Of a stretch of 64,000 nt of DNA, positions 53,120 to 64,000 are shown one piece after another. The position numbers and the translations under genes were made by a program. Below the pieces are notes generated by a model. The model searched no databases, had not been told where the DNA came from, and was given only the letters and a program-made list of their open reading frames with translations. This stretch comes from Lingula anatina (Eukaryota; Animalia; Brachiopoda), in contig CM120647.1 of NCBI GenBank assembly GCA_051362555.1, positions 11,694,651 to 11,758,650 on the forward strand. The letters are read 5' to 3'. Positions within the stretch are counted from its first letter, which is position 1. The number at the start of each line of letters is the position of its first letter.

Positions 53120-55780
53120 ATGAGTGAAAGCCATACGGTGATTTTATCAGAAGAAGATGTCCCAGGGGCAAAACTACCAACTCCAAATGTGGAGGAGCAT
53201 ACGAACGTTGTTTTAAAACGATGGTTGGCCTGCCGTGGACTTAGAGTGAGCGGGAAAAGAGCAGAATTGATAGCAAGGTACTGTACACGTGAACTACGTA
53301 AGATAATGATAATCTTTGTTGCAAAAACAAAATTAAATTAGCAAATAACTTCTCAAACTATATTATACGAATGTAGATACATAGATTAAACTAGCAACAG
53401 TATTCGAACGTGATGACAATAAACAAAAAACTTACAGTGCACGGTAGTGGGGAGCGGTGTACGGTAGGCTGGGAGCATATACTACCGAAGTAATACACGA
53501 AATTTAAAGTAACATGGCAGCATGCTTGTGTTGTTCAAAGTATGATATAAGAGTTGCTTAAGTTGATACCTTATATTATTTCCAAGGTTGCCCAGTGCAT
53601 GTCAACTAAATTTTGTAGCAGTTGATCCCCTTGCTCCAACATGTTTTTTTTTTTTTTTAATTATAAGTTGTTCTAGCACAGTGGCTATGTTATTACAATC
53701 CCAAGGAAAAACTTCAGTTAAAGTTAAGGATAAAAGCATCATAAGCACAATAAGCTATCTGATCAAGGATATTTTACTCCAGTTATGTTGATTATGACAT
53801 GATATCTCTTTTGTCTTGACCTGAAAGCAACATGTCATATGTCTTAACAAGTGAAAATGTTATAATACAGTTTTTTTTTTTAACTTGCAGATGCAAAAAT
53901 TGTATAGCTGCTGGCAAGGCTGGAGAAATTGATGTGAGTGTGGATCAGGGGAAATGGTACCAGAGAAAACTACGTGAACAAAACATTGAAAATGAAGATC
54001 CATCATCACAGCAAGAAAACTCCAGAAGTTGGTCTGGGCTTGTACCTGAAGCCGTACCACAAGTTTTTAACTATGGCAATATTTACCAGTGTCTGGTTGA
54101 GTCGTTACCAAGTTTTGACACCACAGAGAAACCTTTGCGTCGTGGATCACAGTATGTGCAGTCTGGTTATGTAGGGCAGATTTATTATAAGAGAGACTCC
54201 TCCACAGTATACTTCAAAGGAGTTGTTCTTGCATCTATGCGTAATGAGAAGTACACAGTGACTGTTACATTGTCTGTTAATAGTGGTGCAGTGAAGGCTG
54301 CAAGTTGCCACTGCAAGGCATCTTCTTTGAACAGGTAATTAAAAACAGTAATAGGTTTTCAGAGAGTTTATAAACCTTAAACTTTTTTTTAACTATTTCA
54401 GTTTTATTGTTTTTTGGTACATAAATTAATTGGTCATCTTATTTTCATATAAACTTCATCATTTTACATAAATATTTTTTTCGAATACGTTTTTTATCCT
54501 TTTTTGTTCAGTTGTCCGTTAAATACATGAATTGACAGTTTTTTTTTTTTTTGTATTTCCACATCTTAATAGTTTTATTTGCACCAGTTTCAGATTTATA
54601 TTTTGTGTTTATATGAAATGAACAAATGATTTTTATTGTTATTAGGTGTAGTCATGTAGCTGCGCTTCTGATATTCCTGCATGAGAAACCTTCTTGCACT
54701 AGTCTACCATGTGCATGGAAGAAAGGTTCTAAGAGGAGGAACCCTTCAGCCCTACATGAAGCCAGTTACACCTCCTACAAGGTAGTAAGGAATGATGTTA
54801 TCAATTTTGACCCGCGTCCACCTGGAAGCAAAGTAAGCCGTGAAGATCTCAATGCATTCAAGTCCAGTTTGTCATTTGCTAATGCTAACACCGGCACAGT
54901 TAGCATGTGGGAAACCCTTCTTACCTATCAATATTTGGATTATGAGCTCTCCTCTGAAAGGTTGTTGACTTTGAAAGACTTGAAACTTATTCTGCTGCAT
55001 GATCTTACACCGGAAGGTTGCTGGCCAGTAATGATTGAAGGCACTAAATCACAGGCAGATTGTGCAGGATGGTTTCAAGAGAGGTCCCGCAGAATAACAG
55101 CATCAGTGGCACATGAAGCAGTGAAGATATGGAAGGCCATCAGTGAGCAGGGAGTCACTGATGGCATACGCCAGAGAGTATTGAAGTTACTCAGAAAACA
55201 CATTTGGGGCTTAGATGCCGTCAGCACATACTATATGCAACATGGGTCTTCCATGGAAAAACAGGCACGGGAAGACTATGCCAGTATTAGCAATGCAAAG
55301 GTCAGTGAGTCTGGCCTTTGGGTTGACCCAGCAGTGCCAGAACTTGCCTGTTCTCCAGACGGACTTGTTTTTGATACTTCATCAGATGACCCTGACGGAC
55401 TGTTGGAAATTAAAGTTTTGAAGGTGTTTCAGAAGTCTGCCCCAGAAGATGTAGCAGCCCAGTATGCAAATGGTAGTATAAGCACAAAGGATCTTGCTGG
55501 CCAATGCTTCACTATTAATGATAAGGGTGAGATAAAGCTCAGAGAAAGTCATGCATATTATTATCAGATTCAATTTCAAATGGGAATCACTGGAAGAGAA
55601 TGGTGTGACTTTGTACTCTGGTCACCTAAGGGTCAACCTAATGTTCAGAGAATTTGGAGAGACAATGCTTTTGTAAAAGATATGTTTAAGTCTTGTAGAA
55701 ATCTTTGGAAGTCAGCTTTTGCCTACGAGATATTTGAAATGAGAGCACCTCGAGGGCTGAAACCATTCATAGTGGTTTAG
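53120..55780 (+). CDS. SAP + SWIM zinc finger + YqaJ/lambda-exonuclease-like protein, ~578 aa, 3 exons
   Basis: Exons 53120-53277, 53891-54334 and 54646-55780 are in phase. SAP-like [22 protein letters not shown]; SWIM CHC...CSH; YqaJ motifs W...[32 protein letters not shown] and WCDFV. Confidence 0.9.
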
Positions 55781-56659
55781 TGTATTGAAAGAATGTGTGT
55801 TAAGTGTATTCTAAAAATGTGTACTGTTGAAATGAGTACTGGTAGTAAACCATCCTTAGATCTTTGTAAATAATATGCTTTCAGTCCCAGGATACAAACT
55901 GATTTAATGGCAAAATAAGGGATGAAATATGTATTTATAGTTGCATTCAGGTAGAGCAAGTGTTACCCTAGCATTTAAAAAATTCTTTATATAAAATGCA
56001 AAAGTCTTTAGGTTTTTTTCTTTTTTTTTTTCAATATATTCATCAAATCCGACTAAAATATTAAAATATTTGGAGGGGGAGGGAGACTCGTTTACAATTA
56101 TTTAATATATGTCATCTAGAACAAACAAACCAAGTTACATGAATGTCCAAATTTAATAATTCATGAAGAATTCAGGAATGTTGAATGCCAGGTAGAAATA
56201 TCTTCCATACACATATGTGATATTTTAACCCTTTTATGCATAATGAATTCCTTGGTGGTCATTGTCTGGATGGTATTTTAATTTTTTGGTACTGTACATC
56301 TGTATGTATCTGGAGGGTTTTATTACAGTTGTATTTGCATGTGTCCGAAAGTAAGCATCATTTTTCATAATAAAATGTTCAGAAAAATATGAGAAGTCAT
56401 CCAAAGGAATAAACTCATTGTTTTATATATCAAATATGATATCCTTTTATTATTTCTTCTAAATAAACAGATAATCAAAACAACTCCAGTTATTATATAC
56501 AGTTATTGCATAATAGCATTGAAAGGCTGTTTTCATTTAAAATGATGAAGAATTGCAAATATATATAAGCATCACAGCTTACTTCCTTACTGAAATGTAT
56601 AAAACGCACCACTGGTACAATAGAAATATTATTATGCTTATGAGTTTTGTTTGTACAGA

Positions 56660-59600
56660 TCACTTAGCTAACTGGTCTTGAAAATTGACCAAGCAGCATA
56701 CTACAAATACTGACTGGCTGGCTAGTGGAGCCAAACTCAAAGGAATCGTGCCTGAAATTAATTTAAAGTTCTTCACTCTGCCGTTATATCTTTCAACGTG
56801 AATTCGTGCCTTTGCCAATCGTTTAGTCAAAAGTTCTTCCTGGGGAGTGAGGCTCTCACGGCCGTTTAAAAAAGCTGGCATGTTGACATCAACATGTAAT
56901 TCTTGTAAAATGTCCTTTACGGTGAATCCACGGTCTACAAGAATCATGTCACCAGGATTTAGATAATCTAAAATACCACACTTTTTGAAAATTTCCCTGT
57001 CACTAATAGACCCTTCAAACAAATGAGAAACGAATACACCAGAACCATTCGGGGCTACCGCTATGCAACATTTGAAAGTGTGATGATGCTTATAACTAGA
57101 GTATAAATTCCCTTGTCGGGCGAAATCTTTCGGCATTTGGACATAAAATTCGGTACAGTCCACTGAACATCGGACATTCTGGAAACTTCTAAACGACTTA
57201 GGAAGAAATGGCCTCAAGGTGGAACGGTCTGCAAACATCTGGGGTCGTAAGTCATTAAAATGATGATAAAGAAGTTGAATCCAAGTTGTAAATATTGACC
57301 TTATGACTGTCTGTGATAACTTAAAGAAAAAACTCATACTAAAAAAAGAATAACCTCTCCTAAGCCGAACCAGTGTCATGAAAAGTTCATCAATGGGTTT
57401 GGTCTTTCTTCTGCTAGGTAATTTGTTTGTTGATTTGCCGTTCCAGTATGTCAAATTATTAACTGCCGGACCGAGGAAAGTAAACAAGGCTAAAAAGTGC
57501 AAATACTCCAAACCGGTGAAAAAGAAGAATGTCTTTTTATCATCCTTTATACCATCAATTGTCAGCAGAGGAGCGTCTGTCTTATCTTGGAAAGCTTTAG
57601 TTGGGGCGACAGTCCGGGCACGAACTAGTTCATTTTTTAGGGCTATGGTCTCAATCTTTGCTTGGAGTTCGTATTTCGTGTACACGGTCTGTGCTGAGGC
57701 ATCTGTGGTCTCCACATCTTTGTTGCAGTTGCATAACAGGTCATCTGTCTGTACCCCGAAGCTGCGATACTGAAATGAAAAACTAATTCTTACACAAAGA
57801 AGAACAATCAAATGTGTGAATGTTATCTTTTACTTGCTTAAATTTAGAAAGGTGTTAATATTAAAATAAAATTGGCGCGATGACTAAAAACCGCAGTTGC
57901 GTCGTTTTCTTTAAAACAGTGTCATTTTAATTTCATTTATTATGCTGGCGTTAAGCCATCAACAAAGAAGCAAATTAGAAATCAAACTTTTAAAATAAAA
58001 AATTAAATAGCGACTTTGATTCAGCGTAAATCAAGTCACACAGTCAAATGACAAGCCCAGCTAACCACCTGTCAGGTAAAGATGACAGCACTGATAACTG
58101 GTCTTACACCGCTGTTAGTGTTGGATGGTTTTCTAAGGAAGTTTGCTACTATAGTACCCATGAAAAGGACTGGCACTAAACAACACAGTTGATAAAATCA
58201 CAAAAACGATGTTAGAGATTAAATAATACCTGTCGAACGTTGCCTTGTTCAGATTCTTGATAAGGCGGATCGTTGAAGGTGTCAATGGCAAAATCTTGGA
58301 TTTCAGTGGTTTGGCATGTTGACGGATACTGAAATGCATGACAGTGAATAATTCCTCCGAAAAATAAAACCATTACAAGTGAAAGTGACATTTTTTTATG
58401 GTCAAAAGCAAGAAAGGTATTTTAATTATTAAAATAATTCCGAACAACAGAAGATTGCACAATGCCTAAAAACTGCACTGGAATGTGTTACTCAAAACAG
58501 TTTCGTTTTCATTCCATATGTAATTGTGGCGAAAAGCCAGTCACAAATGTGAGTTTAGGAAATCAAATCAAAATTTCGAAAAAAGCAGGGTTAAATAAGT
58601 GAACACATTCAAATGACAAGCCCAGCTAACCACCTGGCAGGTAAAGATGACAGCACTGATAACTGGTCTTACACCGCTTTTAGTGTGAGATCGTTATCTG
58701 AAAGAGTTTGTCACTAATATTATGAAAAGGGCTACCAGTTAACAACCTAGTTGATTAAATAACAAAAACGCCAATAGAAAATTTAGCTTACCTGCAGAGT
58801 GATTTCTTGTTCAGATTCTTGACTTGGCAAAGCGTTACTGATCTCAAGAGACAATTTATGGATTTCAGGGGTTTGACATGTCGGCGGACGATTTCTGCCC
58901 AAATCTAATAAAGCCTCAGCAACCTCTAGTTGCTCATTTTTTGCCAGTTTCTCAGTATGTCCGTGTTGAAATGTTCTCTGCTTGGGGGCTTTTCTCTGAC
59001 GGCGGTTTATCTTGGACACCTGTTTGATATGAAATGCATATATCGGTAAAACCAACCCGTAGTATTATATTACTAGGGGTGGGCAAATGACAAAATTTTT
59101 TTAAAACAGGTGGATTCTATGGCCATTTTTGCTGCTGAACTCAAATCTGACAATATTTTTTACCAAAGCTTAAGATTTATATTGGTATCTGCTATTTGTT
59201 TGTGAAAAAGGCGGGAAATGGCTTTTTGGCCATATTTTCACTGTAAAGTACATAAAAATGATGTGTAATATGTCTTTCTATATGTTTTGAGGGTTGCTGA
59301 GTTCAAATATGAGCATAATAAAGACATTGGCAATATTGTTAGGGTGACATCTGTAAAAATATGTTATTTAAAACAAACATATACATAAAATACACACCTC
59401 GAGCCTAAGATAAATATAAATAATGGCCATTATGTACATACTTAACTCATGGATTACAGTTTGGTATAAAAACAATGCTGAAAATACCTTCATTGATGTA
59501 TACGAACACATTTTATGCTTTATAATTTACCTTTCCTTCAGAACAGGTAAAACTCTTACAACCTCTTAGCTCTTGACCTTGGAATATTAGTACTTAGTTT

Positions 59601-62129
59601 CAGTTGCATAGTTTAAGAGTATCTCACCATCACCATGAAAGCATCAACAAGAAATACACTGAGACCAGAAGGCACTTTAAAGCCCCCTGTCACACTCATT
59701 TGGATTATGAAGTATGGAAGAATGGAAGCAGAATGAGCCATAATGAAGAATTTTCAAAATTTGCACCACATTCGTTGGGTAATATCAAATTGTCCTCAAT
59801 TCCAGTAAGAATACCTCAGAATCTAAGAACCTCAGAATGCGCTTCGAACCCACCTGGAATGGTTCGTGCACATTTGGGTTGTATTGTATTAGCTCTCAAA
59901 TGCAGCTCACATGTAGTTTGAACACATTAGGAATAATGTTAATGCTGTCTAAATATAGTGAGCATATTTAGAATGTACTTTAAATGCCATACAAGTGTGG
60001 TTTCATTGCTGGCTGAATTCCAGCCTGTAATCAAGATGCATTTAAGTTGCATTCTGCTCATTGGAGGCACAATGTGGAACATTCTGACAAGATTTGAAGC
60101 ACCTTGCCCTTTCGGTTCTCCCTCATGTTCCGAATGCTTTTGGAATTACGTAAGAATCTTAAAAATGCGATCATAGTGCAGTTAGAATACACTTTAATGC
60201 CATTCGATATTTTTCCACTTGAAATGCACTTCGAATTTTTGAGAATGAGCAAAACATTTTAACAGGACGCATAAATGGACCCAAACATTTAGATTGCGCT
60301 TAGAAATTTTAGATACTTCAAATATCCAGGAATAAACAAGAAATTTTCATTCCAACAACATTCTAGCTCATTCAGCCTCTAGAGTGACTAGGTTATAAAT
60401 GAAGACAATAAGGATATTGTCACCGTTCACCCAAAACTCCTTATATACTGCCTTACATACATTCTTTTCAGTGATAAATGAATTTTCAGTATTCAGTGAT
60501 TACATTAATTAACATTTACACATGTCATCTTACAGGTGATGGCATAATTGCAGTTTGGGGGTAAAAACTGAAAAATTGGTTTTTCAAATTTCTGTTTTAC
60601 CTGAACACCCGTGATCACTATTTCAAAGCCAATTTAATGACACCATTTAGTACCCCAAGACCCTGCAAGCAATTTTTTAAAGCCTTAGTTCAGATTTGAT
60701 TGTTGATAAAGCAACATAATACCTTTGTTTTAGAAGATCTGTCATTACGGACTCATAACTCCATAACAAAAGCATTTAAACCAAAACATTGGCATGGGAT
60801 TGTAGCTCATGCTCTTGTGGTCCATTGGCCACTTTTGTGATAAAATCTTGTTCAGGGATGAAGTTAAGCCCCATATGGATTGCTAACTAATCTCAAAAAA
60901 GAAAGCTGTAAAATAGATGATTAAAGCTTTCAGTTGCTCATGCTTATACATTGCTGGGTTTGCTTCTGTTATTTCAAGGAAAAAATATAAACGCCGATAT
61001 TTCATATTTTCAAGAGTTCTTACATTATTTCACAGCAGCACAAAGACAGATACATTATTGAATAATTAGATGCAGGAAAAAACTCATTTTCGGTATCTGG
61101 GTGGTAAAAAAGAGTAACAATATCCTAATGCTCTGGTACGGAGTGTTCTACTGTAAATATTCCTGTATGTAACTAACATTATGCCTATTCTATATGTCAA
61201 AACTTTTCAGTTTCATGTGATCCTTGAACAATATTGACCACATTTGTTGTATTATTGTTTTTTCTAATTTAAAAGCCACAGTTGCATATAAACATTTGTA
61301 TTTATGTACACAGAAATGGTGATTTTGGGGTGATTTTTACATCAAAATGACCAAAAAATCCTCTTTTTAACCCAAAATGAAGTGACCCAACCAAAATGCT
61401 GTATCTATTTGCACTCATTGATCATGAAATCATATAGTTCGACATATAACAAGCCATCTTTGAACTGATATTTAAAGATTTACATGAGAATTATGTGGTT
61501 GGAAGGAGCCTTTGGTGGCCATTTTGAAAAATCACTTGATACCAATATCAGATGTAATTTAAAATGAAAATACTTATTAGATTTGTATTCAGCAGCAAAA
61601 ATGGCCATAGAATCCACTTGTCTGAAATTAAATTTCCCAAAAAAGCTTTCATTTGCCCACCCCTAATATTACACCTTTAAAAATTCTCTGAGAAAATTGT
61701 TTTATTTTTTATGTCTTTAATAAATATTGCATCGTATTACATTTTGTCCGGATGTATAATTAAGATGCATTCTTCAAAGTATCGGTAACGGTAGTGTTAT
61801 TCAGGACTCTACCCGTAAAAACACAGGGCCCTACTGTTTTATGTACTTACTTGTTCTGGACACGCTCGTGCAGATATCGGATCAGGGTTTTCCTCTGTGG
61901 GCCCGTTTCCACCAACAAAATGTTTGCTACACAAGAAGGTGTATTTAGAAACCTTGTCTATGTTGAACTGCTCCACATGCCTTCCACATAAATGAACCCA
62001 CCGCTTGCACTTCTCCACATTCGTTTTTGGTTTGGGAAATGGCACGAAAAAAACACCTGCCATATGCGGCCTGTCAGCGTGCCTTGAGTCGCTGTTACAG
62101 GTGCCATAAGCACAATGCTTATGTACCAT
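56660..62129 (-). CDS. THAP + HTH + DDE_Tnp_4 transposase, ~571 aa, 4 exons
   Basis: Exons 62129-61851 (THAP: CAYGTC..FPKP..W..C..LCSKHF), 59019-58792, 58328-58230 and 57769-56660, all phase 0. Motifs FFTGL, LFMTLVRLR, VDCTE, YSSYKHHHTFK, GSISD, VDRGF and RIHVER. Confidence 0.9.
59076..61663. mobile_element. Non-autonomous TIR DNA element (2588 bp, TA TSD) nested in intron 1 of the THAP transposase
   Basis: TA|GGGGTGGGCAAATGA ... TCATTTGCCCACCCC|TA, plus subterminal inverted gtggattctatggccatttttgctgctgaa. No recognisable ORF. Confidence 0.85.
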
Positions 62130-64000
62130 TGCGGTATAAATACCAAATTCGTGAATAAAATGAAAAATAATCACTGTCAAGGGAAATATTTAAAGCACCT
62201 GACACCTTCGCCACTGTTGTCTGTATGAGCCGTGTCACTGTGATGCCCGCCTACCACTGGCGCCACCTTGCGGAGCCAGCGTGGATAATCCGGGCTATTA
62301 CTTTAAATAACCATGTCGCGCGACCTTATTGTCGACGCAGATGTAAACTTTCTAAAGTGTACCGTATTATTATGCAAAAGGTAATTTGCAAAGTCCCACG
62401 AGCGCCCTCATTCGTTCTCGTCTCGTGACATCCCGATTCAGGGGCCAGGTCGTTGTCGTGATTGACTGACATGCCTCATCCGGGACGCGAACCCCTGACT
62501 TTGCGTTACCAAGGTTGATGACGCTTTGGATGTCTCATTTGCATCCATCCACGCTACCGACTGCGCCGTGACTGAACCGCCCACCCTCCATACGTGCGAG
62601 TTTCCTCTTATAGTAATCAATCGCAATTTTCAAAAAATTAATTCTGGCAAGAAAAGAATGACACGGTAGCTACTGTGACTCGAACCAGCGTCCGAGCGTC
62701 TGCCTGTATGCAAGACAGCAGAGTTACCACGCAGCCACGACAGCTCCGTTGATACCGAGTGATCAGATGGAAACTTTCAACCTCCTCACGGAGAGCGCCA
62801 GATTGGGTGTGCATGTGCAGACCTGCTGGCGCAATCGATAATTCGGGTGCCGCATTTCAGCCCACGCAACCCCAGCCCCCGACATGAACGGTAAAGTTCA
62901 TGATGTACACGAAGTCGTGTTTGACAACACGACTCGGAGCTAGGACTTTGTTTTATACTGACATTGATTTTGGCCTTGCCCATGATATTAAAGAATACAA
63001 TGGGATCAGAGGCGGTTCACAGCAGGCGGGTTTTACTTTTAGCAAGACCATAAGAGGAGAAAAGAAATTAAAAAAATATATATATAATTTCAAGTATTTA
63101 ATTATTGGTGCGATTACAGCCACAGGAATTTTGAGGAAAACATATTTGGCAAATAAATCCGCCGAGGAGATTTTTTTTTTTCTACCGAACACGGTTAACA
63201 GGTGCTATGACGTGCTGTTATACCGGAAAAGCTACAGAATCAAAACAAGTTGGATCGTATTCATTGATAGGCCCTGCTCTGTACGTTCTTAGTAAGATGA
63301 CTTCGGATGCTTTTATTTTCATTTGGTTTTGCTTTGAGATAACGTTTGGTTTCACCTTTGACGTTGTAGAGCACGATGACGATCACAGCTGTTCACACCC
63401 CGGCAGTTTTAGCATTGAGTAGTCTTTGCTCTTTCCAATGTCGACTGCGGACTTGCCCCGGGTACTGAATGAACATACATGTATGAACAGTCTTGAGAAG
63501 CAAGAGCCCAAGATAGGAAAGGAGGGGCATAAAAAGGCAAAACGTGTACCTGATAAAAGGAGTAGAGGTGGCGCGACTTTTGTAAAAAAAAACAAAAGTT
63601 TTCTCTCTGCTAATCCCACCAAAAAGATGGCACATTTTGATGAAATGCAATCCATACGGAGTTAGTTATAGCTCAATTTAAATTCAAGATCTGTGGCACC
63701 AATAGAAGGAGTTTTAACTGAAGAGAAAGGAAATATAATTGTCGACGCAGATGTAAACTTTCTAAAGTGTACCGTATTATTATGCAAAAGGTAATTTGCA
63801 AAGTCCCACGGGCGCCCTCATTCGTTCTCAACTCGTGACATCCCGATTCAGGGGCCAGGTCGTTGTCGTGATTGACTGACATGCCTCATCCGGGACGCGA
63901 ACCCGTGACTTTGCGTTACCAAGGTTGATGACGCTTTGGATGTCTCATTTGCATCCATCCACGCTACCGACTGCGCCGTGACTGACCCGCCCACCCTCCA

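Larger units (their letters stand above)
53013..62327. mobile_element. ISL2EU-type (PIF/Harbinger superfamily) two-gene DNA transposon, 9315 bp including a nested insertion
   Basis: Comparison with the empty site aaatata-AT-tgtcgacg shows an AT TSD (53011-53012, 62328-62329). It carries convergent YqaJ-exonuclease and THAP-DDE transposase genes, the known ISL2EU gene pair. TIRs are weak. Confidence 0.88.
39183..64000. repeat. Tandem array (macrosatellite) of ~1.36-1.40-kb units, at least 7.5 copies, running off the window
   Basis: Anchor aacacggttaacaggtgcta at 39183, 40584, 41943, 43343, 44701, 51076, 52479 and 63188. Units are near-identical, and two are interrupted by transposons. Confidence 0.97.

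Noticed and set aside
57378-57773. 131-aa plus-strand ORF
   Set aside because: Antisense shadow of the THAP-DDE transposase exon.
53013-62327. KolobokP assignment (also encodes THAP-transposase and a YqaJ-type nuclease)
   Set aside because: There is no TTAA TSD or long terminal direct repeat; the AT TSD and DDE_Tnp_4 motifs fit ISL2EU.
39085-64000. Many recurring short ORFs in the tandem array (e.g. MMYTKSCL..., MLFPMSTAD..., MGKAKINV...)
   Set aside because: They recur only because the DNA is repeated. They are frameshifted between units by homopolymer and TA indels and have no recognisable domains.
39183-64000. CRISPR-like or rDNA/histone array interpretation
   Set aside because: Units are ~1.4 kb with no unique spacers, and no rRNA, 5S, snRNA or histone sequence was recognised.

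Overview
AT-rich, intron-containing eukaryotic DNA, most likely an invertebrate animal (inferred from GT-AG introns, microsatellites and the gene and transposon families). There are three zones. (1) About 0.9-13 kb, minus strand: a spliced gene that the ORF track shows only as a caspase-like (peptidase C14) ORF. Reading the small upstream exons by hand shows a cereblon-type CULT domain (two CxxC motifs, NP motif, all three cage Trp) spliced in frame to the His/Cys protease domain. This CULT-protease fusion is the best candidate for an undescribed system. Its introns contain MITEs and its upstream region is a patchwork of local duplications. (2) About 19-36.5 kb, plus strand: a complete SLC22/Orct-type organic cation transporter with two alternative first coding exons. 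(3) 39.2 kb to the window end: a tandem array of ~1.39-kb units with a dimeric higher-order structure, LTR-like ends and a tRNA-like Pol III cassette. The array is interrupted by a 5-kb Harbinger transposon (CAG TSD) and a 9.3-kb ISL2EU-type element (AT TSD; convergent THAP-DDE transposase and SAP-SWIM-YqaJ genes), which itself carries a nested 2.6-kb TIR element. All gene models are manual splice reconstructions; no database searches were run.
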